From Limnothrix sp. BL-A-16 (lineage in GTDB: Bacteria; Cyanobacteriota; Cyanobacteriia; CACIAM-69d), in NCBI GenBank assembly GCA_041937175.2, contig CP166615.1, positions 544,001 to 608,000 on the forward strand: a stretch of DNA of 64,000 bases. Direction: 5' to 3'. This document shows, piece after piece, positions 10,001 to 19,436 of the stretch. Position numbers and translations under genes: made by a program. The notes beneath the pieces were generated by a model that saw only the letters and a program-made list of their open reading frames with translations, had not been told where the DNA came from and made no database searches. The stretch's first letter is position 1. Every line of letters begins with the position of its first letter.

Positions 10001-12060
10001 AGCCCTTTGAGGCCCTGCTCTCGGGTCTGCAGGCCTGGCAGCAACGGAGCCAACGTCAATGGCTGCTGTGGGCCAAACCCAACGCCCGCTTAGCCACGGA
10101 ACTGAAGGTGGGAGCCAGTTTGCAGCAGGCCCTCAAGCATGTGCGGGAGGTGAACCGAATTGAAGGGCGCTTGGGCCATGTGGAAACGGTTTGGGACGTG
10201 AGTTTCAGTCCCGATGGGCAATTTTTGGCCACGGCCAGCAGCGATCGCACCGTGCGGTTGTGGCAGCGCAGCGGAGAACCCCTGGCGGACAACCAAGGGC
10301 GACCGATCGTGCTGAACCATGAAGGGGCAGTGACCAACGTGGTGTTCAGTCCCGATGGGGAATTGTTGGCCACCAGCACCGGCAAACGGGGAACTGCCGG
10401 CAAATTGCGGCTCTGGAACAAGGCAGGCAAGTTGGTGCGGGAATTGGGTGAACATCCGGCCCGCATCAACAGCACCGCCTTCAGTCCCGATGGGCAACTG
10501 ATCGCCACCGCCAGCGACGATCGCACCGTGCGTCTGTGGAACCTTCAGGGCCAAGTGGTGCGCCAACTGACCACCCACGGTGGCCCCGTGCAATGGGCCA
10601 GCTTCAGCCCCGATGGGCAACTGATCGCCACCGCCAGTGACGATCGAACGATCAAGCTCTGGAGCCTGGACGGCCAAGAACTGGCCACCCTCCGCGGCCA
10701 TGGCAACAGCGTCATGAATGTGACCTTCAGCCCCGATGGTCAATTCCTTGCCTCCGCCAGCTTGGACAAGACCATCCGCATTTGGACTCGATCGGGCAAA
10801 CCCGTGCGCATGTTATCGGGACACCGGGATGGTGTCTTAAGCGTGGCCTTCAGTCCCGATGGGCGCTATCTGGCTTCCACCAGTGAAGATAAAACCATTA
10901 AATATTGGACGTTCTGGGGCAACTTAGAGCAAAACTTCGCCGGCCACACCGATCGGGTCACCAGCGTAGCCTTCAGTCCCGATGGATCCACCCTGGTTAC
11001 CAGCAGCTACGATCGCACCGTTCGGTTTTGGCGCTTGCAACCGGAATCGATCACCCAAATTACGGCCCACACCGATCGAATCTATGGCGTAGACATCAGC
11101 CGCGATGGGCAAACCATTCTGTCCGCCAGCCGTGATCAGCAGGTGAAGCTTTGGGATCGCAACACCTACCGCCCCACTCATTTCCAGGATCCCGGCGGTG
11201 GCGTGCGGGTGGCGGCCTTCAGCCCCGACAGCCGTTGGATTTTGGTGGGCAGCAACGATGGGCGGGCGCGGCTTTGGTCGCGATCGGGCCAACTGCAACG
11301 GGTCTTTGCCGATGAACTGGTGCTGCAAAACAACCCGATCGAATCGAACAACATTTCCAGCGTGGCCTTCAGTCCCGATGGCAAACTGATCGCCGCCACC
11401 TATCGCAGTGGTCGCGGTTACCTGTGGCAACCGGACGGCAAACAGGTGGCCGCCTTCAAGCTCACCTCCAGCGACGATCGGGCCAAACGACTCAACAGCA
11501 TCACCTTCAGTCCCGATGGCCGCATCCTGGCCACGGGTGGAGATGATGCCCTGATTCGGCTTTGGACTTTGCAAGGGGAACCCATCCGCACCCTCGCGGG
11601 CCACAGCAGTTTTGTGAATGATGTCACCTTCAGTCCCGATGGGCGTTACATCGCCTCCGCCGGGGACGATAGCACCGTTCGCCTGTGGAGTGCCAACGGT
11701 TCCCTACTGCAAGTGTTGGGCCATGGGGATGCGGTCAACAGCGTGCGGTTTAGCCCCAATGGTCAGTTTTTGGCCGCCGCCAGTTGGGATGGTTCCGTCA
11801 CCCTTTGGAGTCTGGATGGCAAGATGATCAAGGTTTTTCGGGAGCACAAATCCGGCGTGGGCGGCGTGCGGTTCAGCCCCGATGGCAAGCTGCTGGTCTC
11901 GGGGGGGTTTGATCAGCAGTTGGTGATTCGCGATTTGGACTTGGAAAACTTGCTCGATCGCAGTTGTCGTTGGCTCCAGGATTACCTGAGACCCAAGGGC
12001 GAAGCGGCGGGCAACTTGACGCAACTGGCGCGGGCCTGCCGCAATCGCTTTCGCCCCTAG
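7012..12060 (+). CDS. NLR-like STAND NTPase with TPR region, TM helix and C-terminal WD40 beta-propellers
   Basis: Walker A GHSGAGKSSL, Walker B LIFDQFEELF, SMREDY; TM helix LYAAGAVLGILFLSSSSFAVLLGA; about 14 FSPDG WD40 repeats; alternative start 6946. Confidence 0.88.
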   Translation: MDQETAQANERALRTLERAIVLSEGQFSLVLVRCSYERLRRSVLDWVADRSGEGQPFDRVTCLVVPPTIKTLYPLVAAISDPCPPRAVMVLGLEMAESLDTVFALANQMRDRFKQLPFPIVLWLTDESLDKLKRVAPDLKSWAATPVRLEMDTQGVIDFLRERASQAFDRAFAASAGYSIYQLPPALAEARHRQELAAARADLAKRGVQLDVDLLASVEFLEGWTAMGRGDYELALKMFGNALDSWQTLAQALPPEAGSSLVAATAETERAIAPPRLPISPIEAQVRSGLLRFYVGFCHARLALGNSNPVELPESQSARVQRWRLARESLQACADCFAALDRPDLTAKFIGALGEVLQELHDWLGLEQLAQVATALHGAPDHPGNRAELARDCCFLAEVALVQTRWEQACEWAERALNHLSHASTHDPTALGPDLLRAVRLRQSQAWFLLGEANWHLGRSGLAISHLERARATVWNFEQPQLTVRLLSRLREVYFQQTRYLDAFRTKQELRRVEHQCSWLAFIGAGQLQPQPAALVDDGMVLPVAAPEIAASGRQKDVENLIARLARADLKLTVVHGHSGAGKSSLLKAGLVPELHRRALGDRDVLPVTIEVYTDWIAATENALDRAAAQKGLDSDRTLTTWDDLAIEANIALPSLDLSVNSQALRLRALLDRLQQLSQQNFAIILIFDQFEELFFHWPTVVDRQPFFEFLRDCLNVPYVKLIISMREDYLHFLLEWERATDLSIIDDNVLARQVRYYVGDFSPADARATIQSLTERSRLGLEPDLIDALVGELARETGEVNPIELQVVGAQLQADRIVTLAEYQREYGSKEVLVERYLENTIRDCGPEGENIARQVLFLLTAENGTRPLKTRTELAVELGASDGQLELVLNILSGAGLVVMFRESTADFYQLVHDYLVTFIRQQRQADERARYRLTQSQLNAILKKRIQELYAAGAVLGILFLSSSSFAVLLGADEISAQIDASTAVSEALIGSNQPFEALLSGLQAWQQRSQRQWLLWAKPNARLATELKVGASLQQALKHVREVNRIEGRLGHVETVWDVSFSPDGQFLATASSDRTVRLWQRSGEPLADNQGRPIVLNHEGAVTNVVFSPDGELLATSTGKRGTAGKLRLWNKAGKLVRELGEHPARINSTAFSPDGQLIATASDDRTVRLWNLQGQVVRQLTTHGGPVQWASFSPDGQLIATASDDRTIKLWSLDGQELATLRGHGNSVMNVTFSPDGQFLASASLDKTIRIWTRSGKPVRMLSGHRDGVLSVAFSPDGRYLASTSEDKTIKYWTFWGNLEQNFAGHTDRVTSVAFSPDGSTLVTSSYDRTVRFWRLQPESITQITAHTDRIYGVDISRDGQTILSASRDQQVKLWDRNTYRPTHFQDPGGGVRVAAFSPDSRWILVGSNDGRARLWSRSGQLQRVFADELVLQNNPIESNNISSVAFSPDGKLIAATYRSGRGYLWQPDGKQVAAFKLTSSDDRAKRLNSITFSPDGRILATGGDDALIRLWTLQGEPIRTLAGHSSFVNDVTFSPDGRYIASAGDDSTVRLWSANGSLLQVLGHGDAVNSVRFSPNGQFLAAASWDGSVTLWSLDGKMIKVFREHKSGVGGVRFSPDGKLLVSGGFDQQLVIRDLDLENLLDRSCRWLQDYLRPKGEAAGNLTQLARACRNRFRP

Positions 12061-12172
12061 TCGATCGATCCCATCAAACTAATCGATCTAATCGATCCAC
12101 TGGCAAATCCAGCCCTTTTTATTGAATCGACGGCTGATCAAACGCCAAATCCCGCGTATGCCCGCGCCTTCC

Positions 12173-13054
12173 CTAGGACAGCATTGTGGCGGCGGCGGCT
12201 CGCATCTTGGAAAGGGCAGTCCGTTCAATTTGGCGAATCCGTTCGCGGGTGAGGTTCAAATCTGCCCCGATCGCCGCGAGTCGGGCATCCCCTTGAATTA
12301 AGCCAAACCGCCGCATCACCACCAGTCGCTCCCGTTGATCCAACAGGCCCAACAGGGTCACCAAAGCGGCGCGATCGTCCACCGCATCCAACACCTGATC
12401 CAGATTCACACTGGCATCAGGAATCAGGTCGATCGCATGGTCAGAATCGCAGTGATTCGTCAGCGGCGCATCCAAACTCTTGGGCGGCCGACCGTAGGCC
12501 AGCAACGTCTGCAATTCCGTAACCGTCAGCTCCATCGCCGCCGCCACCTGTGCCGTGGTGGGCGGGTGGCCCAACTGCCCCGACAGTTGAGCTGTCACCT
12601 TCCGCACCTTCCGCAGGCGATCGTTCACCTGAATCGGTAGCCGAATCGTCCGGCTTTGGTTGGCTAGGGCCCGCGCCACCGCTTGCCGAATCCACCAAGT
12701 GGCATAGGTACTGAACTTGTAGCCCAAGCGTTCATCAAATTTTTCAGCGGCGCGATCCAGCCCCAAGCTACCCTCCTGAATCAGATCCAGCAAATCCAGG
12801 CCCCGACCGGTGTAGTGCTTAGCAATGGACACCACCAGCCGCAAATTAGCCGCCACCAGCCGCGCTTTGGCCTGGCGACCTCGCCGGGCGATCGCCTTGG
12901 CCCGCGCAGACTGGGGCTGATCTCGATCGCGCAGGGATTGCCAGGCCCGAATGGCCGCACCCAATTCTCGCTCCTGTTCTGTGGTGAGGAGGGGAATTCG
13001 CCCAATTTCCTGCAAATAGACGCGCACCGTGTCAAAGTCAAGGGTTTTACGCAT
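12173..13054 (-). CDS. RNA polymerase sigma-70 factor, RpoD/SigA family (group 2-like)
   Basis: YLQEIGRIPLLT, LVAANLRLVVSIAKHY, DLIQEG, GYKFSTYATWWIRQ, TRERIRQIE. Confidence 0.92.
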   Translation of the reverse strand: MRKTLDFDTVRVYLQEIGRIPLLTTEQERELGAAIRAWQSLRDRDQPQSARAKAIARRGRQAKARLVAANLRLVVSIAKHYTGRGLDLLDLIQEGSLGLDRAAEKFDERLGYKFSTYATWWIRQAVARALANQSRTIRLPIQVNDRLRKVRKVTAQLSGQLGHPPTTAQVAAAMELTVTELQTLLAYGRPPKSLDAPLTNHCDSDHAIDLIPDASVNLDQVLDAVDDRAALVTLLGLLDQRERLVVMRRFGLIQGDARLAAIGADLNLTRERIRQIERTALSKMRAAAATMLS

Positions 13055-13426
13055 GATCGTGAGTGCTTCTTGCTTGCGACTTGCCGAAAAAGACTGCTAG
13101 CAATCCTCAGTCATCCCCAAAGGCAGCTCCAGAGATTGCCCCACAGACAGCCCCGCGAGAACGGTCACTGAGGGACGAGTTTGTAACGACAGCTTGGTTA
13201 ATAGCGTTCGCTCTGGAGGCGACTTTGATTGGCGACCTCGATTGGCGACTTTGATTAATGTACAATATTCGTACAGATATCACAAGGCTAAAATCTGCGC
13301 AAAAAATCCTCAACGAAAAACCCTCAGCCCAGAACTCTCAGCCCAGAATCCTCAACGAAGCCGATCGCCCTTGGGGAGAGGGTAATCCTGACTTTGATCG
13401 TGGATTCGAGTATGGACGTGCCCTCA

Positions 13427-13557
13427 GAGGATGTCTGAAAAGTGTCTTTTGGCACGGGCAATACACCAATAGTCGTGGGGGCAAGGGGCTTGAGCATCTT
13501 GTCTTCGTCGATCGATGAGGCGTGCAGAGTATCGATTTTGGCTTTTCAGACATCCTC
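13427..13557. mobile_element. 131-bp MITE, copy 1 (IS5-family-like ends, inferred)
   Basis: TIR GAGGATGTCTGAAAAG...CTTTTCAGACATCCTC flanked by a TCA/TCA duplication; second copy at 15208-15338. Confidence 0.85.
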
Positions 13558-13619
13558 TCAGCGAGAAGGTGGTGAGCCTCGATCGCCCTACTCGCTGCTT
13601 GAGCTAGCTAGTCACCAAA

Positions 13620-13654
13620 TAAAAAGCGGGAGCCATCATTTACTGGCTCCCGCT
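13620..13654 (-). terminator. Rho-independent terminator downstream of psb30
   Basis: GCGGGAGCCA-loop-TGGCTCCCGC hairpin preceded by an A-run (U-tract on the minus strand). Confidence 0.6.
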
Positions 13655-13725
13655 CCGTCATCTCTACCAATATTTTTTTTTGCAACAAAAAACTGAGGGG
13701 ATAGACCATCCCCGCTAGCAAGCTT

Positions 13726-13857
13726 TTACAGGTTGCCGCCCCGGAAGGCCAAAATAAACACAATCACCGGGCCGGCAATCACTAGAAGTGCCAACGTGGT
13801 CAGTTGCCCCACCACCAACCAGTTAATGCCGCCGATCGCATCCGTCAGTGCTTCCAT
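13726..13857 (-). CDS. psb30: Photosystem II reaction centre protein Psb30 (Ycf12)
   Basis: Below the ORF-track cutoff; hand translation MEALTDAIGGINWLVVGQLTTLALLVIAGPVIVFILAFRGGNL. Confidence 0.93.
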   Translation of the reverse strand: MEALTDAIGGINWLVVGQLTTLALLVIAGPVIVFILAFRGGNL

Positions 13858-14285
13858 AGTCTTCCCAGTCCCTTTAGGTCTTGAAATCGGTTTTGAGTTG
13901 TTTTTGAGTCATTAATGATCTGAGATGCTGAGATGCTCTGAATCATGAATGACTCGTTGATTCTCTGATCAGGGTCTGATCATGGGCCGAGTGGCTGGGC
14001 CAAGCTGGTTTTTGAACCAGATGTTGCCACCCATGATTGCAAAAAATCGATTCAATTATCCTACGGTTGGCGACTCGGTAGATTTAAGAAAGTTTACAAA
14101 AATCCATCTCAGCTCCCATCTCGCTTCCAGGGTTACCCGTGGGCTGACCGTTGGGCGGCGAAGTTGACCCGATCGCCCAATCCCCATCGAGTCTGAACGC
14201 ATCCGTTTGATAGAATATCTCCGTTCGGGCGCTCGCTCGGTGGCATGGCCTGAGCGCGCTGTGTTGGAAAATACGGAAAAATCCT

Positions 14286-14474
14286 ATGACGATCGCCTTT
14301 CAACTCGTTCTTTTTGCGCTGGTTGCGTTGTCGTTGGTCTTGGTTGTGGGTGTGCCAGTGGCCTATGCGCTGCCCCAAAGCTGGGATCGTTCCAAGCCTC
14401 TGCTGTACCTGGGTTCTGGTGTTTGGTTCCTGTTGGTGATTGCGGTGGCCGTTCTGAATTTCTTCGTGGCTTAG
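14286..14474 (+). CDS. psbZ: Photosystem II reaction centre protein PsbZ
   Basis: 62 aa, [28 protein letters not shown]...W...LNFFV; sits next to ribH as usual in cyanobacteria. Confidence 0.95.
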   Translation: MTIAFQLVLFALVALSLVLVVGVPVAYALPQSWDRSKPLLYLGSGVWFLLVIAVAVLNFFVA

Positions 14475-14661
14475 GGTTCGATCGCAGCCGCTACCACAAG
14501 TCAAACCAATACCAAATCGCAAGCCAAAGCAGTGGCCCTGAGCTGCTGTGCAAGGTTAAAAGCAAGGTTGATGGGGGCGATCGCTTGCCCCTAATTTGTT
14601 TTGGCCAAATTTCTTGGCAGATTGAGTTTCTTGGCCAATTGAGTCCAGTTTTGAGTGCAAC

Positions 14662-15207
14662 ATGGCTGTTTTTGAAGGAAGTTTCGATCGCGCTGGATCA
14701 CAACGATTTGCCATCGTTATTGGCCGCTTTAACGACCTGATCACCAGCAAATTACTGGCCGGTTGCCAAGATTGCCTCAAGCGCCACGGGGTGGATATTG
14801 ACCCCCAAGGCCGTCAGGTGGACTATGTTTGGGTTCCCGGTAGCTTTGAAATCCCCACCGTTGCCCGCCAATTGGCCCTGAGTCAGCGCTACGATGCCGT
14901 GATTTGCCTGGGTGCAGTGATTCGCGGTCAAACGCCCCATTTCGATTACGTTTGCGCGGAAGTTTCCAAGGGAATTGCCGCCGCCAGCTTCCAAACCGGT
15001 GTGCCAGTTGTGTTCGGCATTGTCACCACGGACACGATGCAACAGGCTCTGGAACGGGCGGGGATCAAGAGCAATTTGGGTTGGAACTATGCCATGAGCG
15101 CCCTCGAAATGGCGAGTTTGATGGCACAGGTGCGGGCGGTGGCTCCGGCGGTTGATGCGCCCCCGATCGCCCTAGGATCTCTGCCTCCCACTCTCACGGA
15201 AGCCTAA
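14662..15207 (+). CDS. ribH: 6,7-dimethyl-8-ribityllumazine synthase
   Basis: [38 protein letters not shown]. Confidence 0.96.
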   Translation: MAVFEGSFDRAGSQRFAIVIGRFNDLITSKLLAGCQDCLKRHGVDIDPQGRQVDYVWVPGSFEIPTVARQLALSQRYDAVICLGAVIRGQTPHFDYVCAEVSKGIAAASFQTGVPVVFGIVTTDTMQQALERAGIKSNLGWNYAMSALEMASLMAQVRAVAPAVDAPPIALGSLPPTLTEA

Positions 15208-15338
15208 GAGGATGTCTGAAAAGTGTCTTTTGGCACGGGCAATGCACCAATAGTCGTGGGGGCAAGGGGCTTAAGCCCCTTGTCTTCGTCGATCGATAGG
15301 ACTTGCAAAGTGGCAACCTGGACTTTTCAGACATTTCC
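15208..15338. mobile_element. 131-bp MITE, copy 2, inserted at the ribH stop codon
   Basis: GAGGATGTCTGAAAAG...CTTTTCAGACATTTCC flanked by TAA/TAA; the left TAA is the ribH stop. Confidence 0.85.
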
Positions 15339-15441
15339 TAAGCACTGATCGCCAGACCTGTTTTGCGAGGAATCTCTCGTCCGATGGCGGCACTGAACAA
15401 GCCATGATCAACCAATCATGATTAACGAGCATTAACGGGTA

Positions 15442-15837
15442 TTAACGAGTAACAATTTGTTCGATCGCCTGCTTCAGTTCTTCGGCACTGAGATCCGTGA
15501 TCACAAAGACTTCTTGAATCGTTTTGCCCTTGCGTGCAATTAACTTATGGCCGCCTCGGATCGGTACGGAAACTTTTAATTGTAATTGGGGGCTGTTGCT
15601 GCGGCCATGGGAGAGCACGGCCGGTGTGATGGTGCTGATGCCCGTCACTTGGGTTAGCTTTTCCAAAATCGGAATCAGCCCATCCAAATGAGTGGAATGA
15701 TTCCAAACCAGTCGCCCTGAAGTGGGGGTGGTTTTGGCTTTTTTGGAGTTTTTTGGGGACTGGTCTGGCTCGGGCGATCGGGTGTTGGCTTGGGGAGCGG
15801 GAATGGCGGCGGTGGGTTGTTTTTTGGATTTTGCCAT
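15442..15837 (-). CDS. DUF2103-family protein
   Basis: GRLVWNHSTHLDGLIPIL...LKVSVPIRGGHKLIARKGKTIQEVFVIT; start taken at MAKSKK. Confidence 0.75.
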   Translation of the reverse strand: MAKSKKQPTAAIPAPQANTRSPEPDQSPKNSKKAKTTPTSGRLVWNHSTHLDGLIPILEKLTQVTGISTITPAVLSHGRSNSPQLQLKVSVPIRGGHKLIARKGKTIQEVFVITDLSAEELKQAIEQIVTR

Positions 15838-15854
15838 GACGTTGGGCGCTGAAT

Positions 15855-16187
15855 TTAGGCGCTTTCTAGGGGAGCCATGGTTAGTCCTTCGCGGCTCAGT
15901 TGTTGGTGATAGAGTTCTGCTTGTTCTTGGGGGCCAACCCAAACGATGGCCTGCCCTTCGTTATGAATTTGATAGGTTAATTTCCAGGCCCGATCGGTTG
16001 TCATATTTGGAATATATTTCGACAAGCAATTCGCGACGTGATTGAAGGTGTTCACGTCGTCATTCAAGACAATTACTTTATAGTTTGGATAGGTTTTGCG
16101 GACGGTTTGATCGGCGCGTTCAGGAGTCTTGACCGGGGCTGTGGTGGCAGCCCGATGCAACGGTTGAGGAGCGAGCACAGCAGTCAT
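15855..16187 (-). CDS. clpS: ATP-dependent Clp protease adaptor ClpS
   Basis: YPNYKVIVLNDDVNTF...IHNEGQAIVWVGPQEQAELY. Confidence 0.92.
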   Translation of the reverse strand: MTAVLAPQPLHRAATTAPVKTPERADQTVRKTYPNYKVIVLNDDVNTFNHVANCLSKYIPNMTTDRAWKLTYQIHNEGQAIVWVGPQEQAELYHQQLSREGLTMAPLESA

Positions 16188-16309
16188 AGGGGCGATCGAG
16201 CGGTAGTTTTGCGGGGACAGAAAGCAGCGATCGGTTGAGCCAAATACGCAATGATCAGACTGATGCAAATTGTAACAAAATGATTTGGATTCGCGGCTCG
16301 ATCGCACCA

Positions 16310-17554
16310 CTAGCGATCACCCGCCCGATTCAATGCCAGATTCAACAATTGCTCGGCAATGCGGCGAGCGGCTCCGGGCGGGCCCAACCGTTGCCGGCCA
16401 TTGTCGATTTTGGCCTGCCATGGGGTTGGATCTCGAAGTAATTGTTCGATCGCCCCCGGGAGTTCCGTTGGCTCCTGAATCCAAGTGACGGAGGGGCCCA
16501 ACAGGCGGGTTTGGGCTTCCGCAAAGGCGGGGGTGAATTGGGGCCCGTTGCCCGACAGGGTAATGGCCGGTTTGCCCAAGCCCACCACCTGTTCCGTGGC
16601 TGTGCCGGCCGTGGCGATCGCGAAGTGGGCCGCCTTGGCCCAATCCCAAAATCGATCGCTAGCCAGCTCCAACTGGGCCAACCCGCAATGCCATTGTTCC
16701 CCGGTGCTCGATCGCCAGCCGGCCTGCTGAAGGGCCTGCTGAAGAGGCGCACGATCGATTCCAGGGGCGATCGCCGCCTGCAACATCACCACCCGTTCGG
16801 CCAAATCGGGCCAGGCTTGCAACGCCGTCAGCATTCGTTGCCAATTGTTCAGCGCCTCTGGAAAACGCGACCCCGGCAACAGCAGCACGCGCAAGGGTGA
16901 TCCCGGCTCTGGCCAAGTGCAATCGGGCAAATCTCCCGTGAAGCCGTCCATCATTGGATTGCCGCAGTCAAAGGTGCGATCGGGCAGCCAACGCCGCAAA
17001 ATCTGAGCCGTCAGGGTGTCGCGCGGGAACAAACCCCGACAGCGCGATCGCCCCATCAGCCACCGCTCCCAAGGTAGATAAACCGAACCCGACCAGCCCT
17101 CCCAACGCCGGGCCCCCAAAAACTGCCCTTGACTATCCCGCAGGTAATATTCCGATTTGGCCGTGCCCACAAAGCTATAGGGCGCACCGCTGGCCCAAGC
17201 AAACAACAGGGGCACAATGTCACCCACCGCCAACACCAACAGCGGTTCCGCACTGGTTGCCCGGTGTGTTTGCACCCATTGCCGAACCGATCGCCACTGT
17301 TGCCAAGTCAGGCCCACCAGCCCCCCGCGCATGTCCCGCAGCAGTTGGCCCGCATCCATATAGACAAAGCCACCCGATGGCAGGGTTTTCACTTCGCCAA
17401 TAATCGGAATTCCGGCGCGGCGGTAGGCGTTTCCTTCCCCCACCAATGGCAAAGCAAATCGATCGGGCTGGGCGGGTAACTGTGCAAAGGCTTGCAGAAT
17501 TTGCACCGCGATCGCGTCTTCACCATGGCCATTGCTGATGCACAGAAGCTTCAT
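16310..17554 (-). CDS. Lipid-A-disaccharide synthase-related glycosyltransferase
   Basis: SNGHGED, PSGGF, GTAKS, LLPGSR, AGTATEQ, GPQFT..FAEAQ.RLLG. Confidence 0.8.
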   Translation of the reverse strand: MKLLCISNGHGEDAIAVQILQAFAQLPAQPDRFALPLVGEGNAYRRAGIPIIGEVKTLPSGGFVYMDAGQLLRDMRGGLVGLTWQQWRSVRQWVQTHRATSAEPLLVLAVGDIVPLLFAWASGAPYSFVGTAKSEYYLRDSQGQFLGARRWEGWSGSVYLPWERWLMGRSRCRGLFPRDTLTAQILRRWLPDRTFDCGNPMMDGFTGDLPDCTWPEPGSPLRVLLLPGSRFPEALNNWQRMLTALQAWPDLAERVVMLQAAIAPGIDRAPLQQALQQAGWRSSTGEQWHCGLAQLELASDRFWDWAKAAHFAIATAGTATEQVVGLGKPAITLSGNGPQFTPAFAEAQTRLLGPSVTWIQEPTELPGAIEQLLRDPTPWQAKIDNGRQRLGPPGAARRIAEQLLNLALNRAGDR

Positions 17555-17662
17555 GGCACAAACCGATCGATCAGCTCGGTCAGCCGTTTTGGCACAACAA
17601 GATCCATGGGGATTATTCAGCTCAAAAGACTAGTTAGCTCAAAAAACGAAGCTCAGAATCAA

Positions 17663-17733
17663 AGCGGGCGGCGGGAATCGAACCCGCAACGACAGTTTGG
17701 AAGACTGTAGTTTTACCACTAAACTACGCCCGC
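17663..17733 (-). tRNA. trnG: tRNA-Gly(TCC)
   Basis: Reverse complement GCGGGCGTAGTTTAGTGGTAAAACTACAGTCTTCCAAACTGTCGTTGCGGGTTCGATTCCCGCCGCCCGCT folds as a cloverleaf with a TCC anticodon. Confidence 0.96.
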
Positions 17734-17976
17734 GAAGGCTGGTGGTTGGGTTTTTGGCAACCCGGGCAATCATTCTATCAGAGCCAAGGCCGATCGCACC
17801 GCCTGCGGCCAATTTAATTTCGGTCTGGCTTTGGCCACCCGATCGGGGGTTGGGTTGCGGTGGATTTCTGACGACGGAGAAGCCAACAGGACGGCAAAAG
17901 CCCTTGCGAAGATGAGGGGTGCGATCGCCCCAAACCAGCGGCTAGATTGTGGCCAGGTGTTCTGCAATCTTGGTTT

Positions 17977-19281
17977 ATGAAGTCCTGGCCGCTGTTGACT
18001 GACTATCGCCGCGCCTTGGAGCGGTTGCCGATCGACCGGCCCTTGACCCCAGCAGAAGCGATCGAGCTGCTGGAACTGCGCGATCGGGTGGCGGTGGAAC
18101 TGGCCCAGACTCCCGATCGACTCACTCCGGAAGTGGGGCAACCATTGCAGCGGCTCGATCGGCAACTGCGGGGCTGGAGCGATCGGCTCCTGGCCGCCCT
18201 GGAATCCGTTCCCGCTCATCGCCAACCCGAGGTCGATCGCCTGGTTCGGGAGCGATCGCTAACCCCCAGTTCCCAGCGGTGGGAACGGTTCGACCCGATC
18301 GCCAACGTTCTGAGCAGCATCTTTTTGACCGGCTCGGCGGGCTTGATTGTGGATATTGCCGCCAAGTTTTTTGTGCCGGGGGTGGATTTATTCGGATCGT
18401 TGGCCGTGGCGGGCCAAAGCGCGATCGCCCTGGTCACGGGCCGCACCCTGGTGACGGAAACGGGCCAAGCCTGGCTGAAACGCTGGCTGATTGCCCGAGG
18501 CATTGGCGATCGCTACTGGCAAGAGGCGGGCTGCTTGGGTTCCTTGGCGCTGTTGGGGTTTCTCATCGCGGTGCGTCAGGTAGGATTTCCGCTGCTGGCG
18601 GAACAATACACCCGCTGGGGCGAAAAAGCCTACAAAGACAACCGCCTAGCCACGGCGGGGGAATGTTATGAGCGGGCGCTGCTGTTTCAGTCGGAGGCGA
18701 TCGAGCCGCGTTACCTGGCGGGGCGTTTGGCCGACGAGGTGAGCGAGCCAGATCAGGCACAAACTCACTATCGATTAGTCCTGAAAAATCCGCCGGAGAA
18801 AACCGCTAGCTCCCAAGATTGGCAATTTTATTTGCAAGCGGCGAGCAATCTTTCACGGCTGTATCTGTTGAAAAAAGACCCGGAACAGGCGGCGGTGATT
18901 GCCCAGTTGGCGCTGCGGGCAAGCGCACCCATGCCCAAGGATCCCGCCTTGGATGATGGGCTTTACGGTCTCTATAAAAATCTTGGTTGGGCCCGGTTGG
19001 CCCGGGGGCGCTACGTGGAGGCGGAATCCTGGCTAGAGAAGGCGATCGCCCTGGAACCAATCGTCAAACGGGCCGATCGCGCCGCTGCGGCCCATTGCTT
19101 GATGGCCAAAACCTTGGATGGGTTGCAGGACTATCGATCGGCCTTGCCCCACTGGGAACGGTGCGCCAACGACGCGGCCCAACTGGGCACTCCCGAGGGC
19201 GATGCTTGGCAAGGACAAGCGGGCGATCGGCTCGAAAATCCCAACGCCAAGCCGCCGAAGTCTGCCAATACTGCTTACTAA
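17977..19281 (+). CDS. Membrane-anchored tetratricopeptide repeat protein
   Basis: Hydrophobic helices mid-protein; TPR-like YKNLGWARLARGRYVEAESWLEKAIAL. Confidence 0.7.
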   Translation: MKSWPLLTDYRRALERLPIDRPLTPAEAIELLELRDRVAVELAQTPDRLTPEVGQPLQRLDRQLRGWSDRLLAALESVPAHRQPEVDRLVRERSLTPSSQRWERFDPIANVLSSIFLTGSAGLIVDIAAKFFVPGVDLFGSLAVAGQSAIALVTGRTLVTETGQAWLKRWLIARGIGDRYWQEAGCLGSLALLGFLIAVRQVGFPLLAEQYTRWGEKAYKDNRLATAGECYERALLFQSEAIEPRYLAGRLADEVSEPDQAQTHYRLVLKNPPEKTASSQDWQFYLQAASNLSRLYLLKKDPEQAAVIAQLALRASAPMPKDPALDDGLYGLYKNLGWARLARGRYVEAESWLEKAIALEPIVKRADRAAAAHCLMAKTLDGLQDYRSALPHWERCANDAAQLGTPEGDAWQGQAGDRLENPNAKPPKSANTAY

Positions 19282-19351
19282 CCTTAGGACATGTCGTCAT
19301 TTCCTGGAGCGAGGTTGAAATGGTTGATCTTTCGTACCCCAACCGTCGTAA

Positions 19352-19371
19352 CAAGGGGCTTAAGCCCCTTG
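19352..19371. repeat. REP-like palindrome CAAGGGGCTTAAGCCCCTTG
   Basis: Perfect 20-bp palindrome; other copies inside the MITE (~15263), at 53005, ~55943 and ~56035. Confidence 0.85.
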
Positions 19372-19436
19372 CTGCTACACGATCCGCTAACGGTGGAATT
19401 AGGACTTTGGGCGGTTTGACGACAGCCCCTGCGCTC

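Noticed and set aside
13259..13275. NtcA box upstream of the sigma factor
   Set aside because: Spacing is GTA-N9-TAC rather than N8
18987..19436. N-terminal extension of the 521-aa ORF
   Set aside because: It overlaps the upstream gene and runs through a REP-like repeat; the signal peptide begins at ATG 19437
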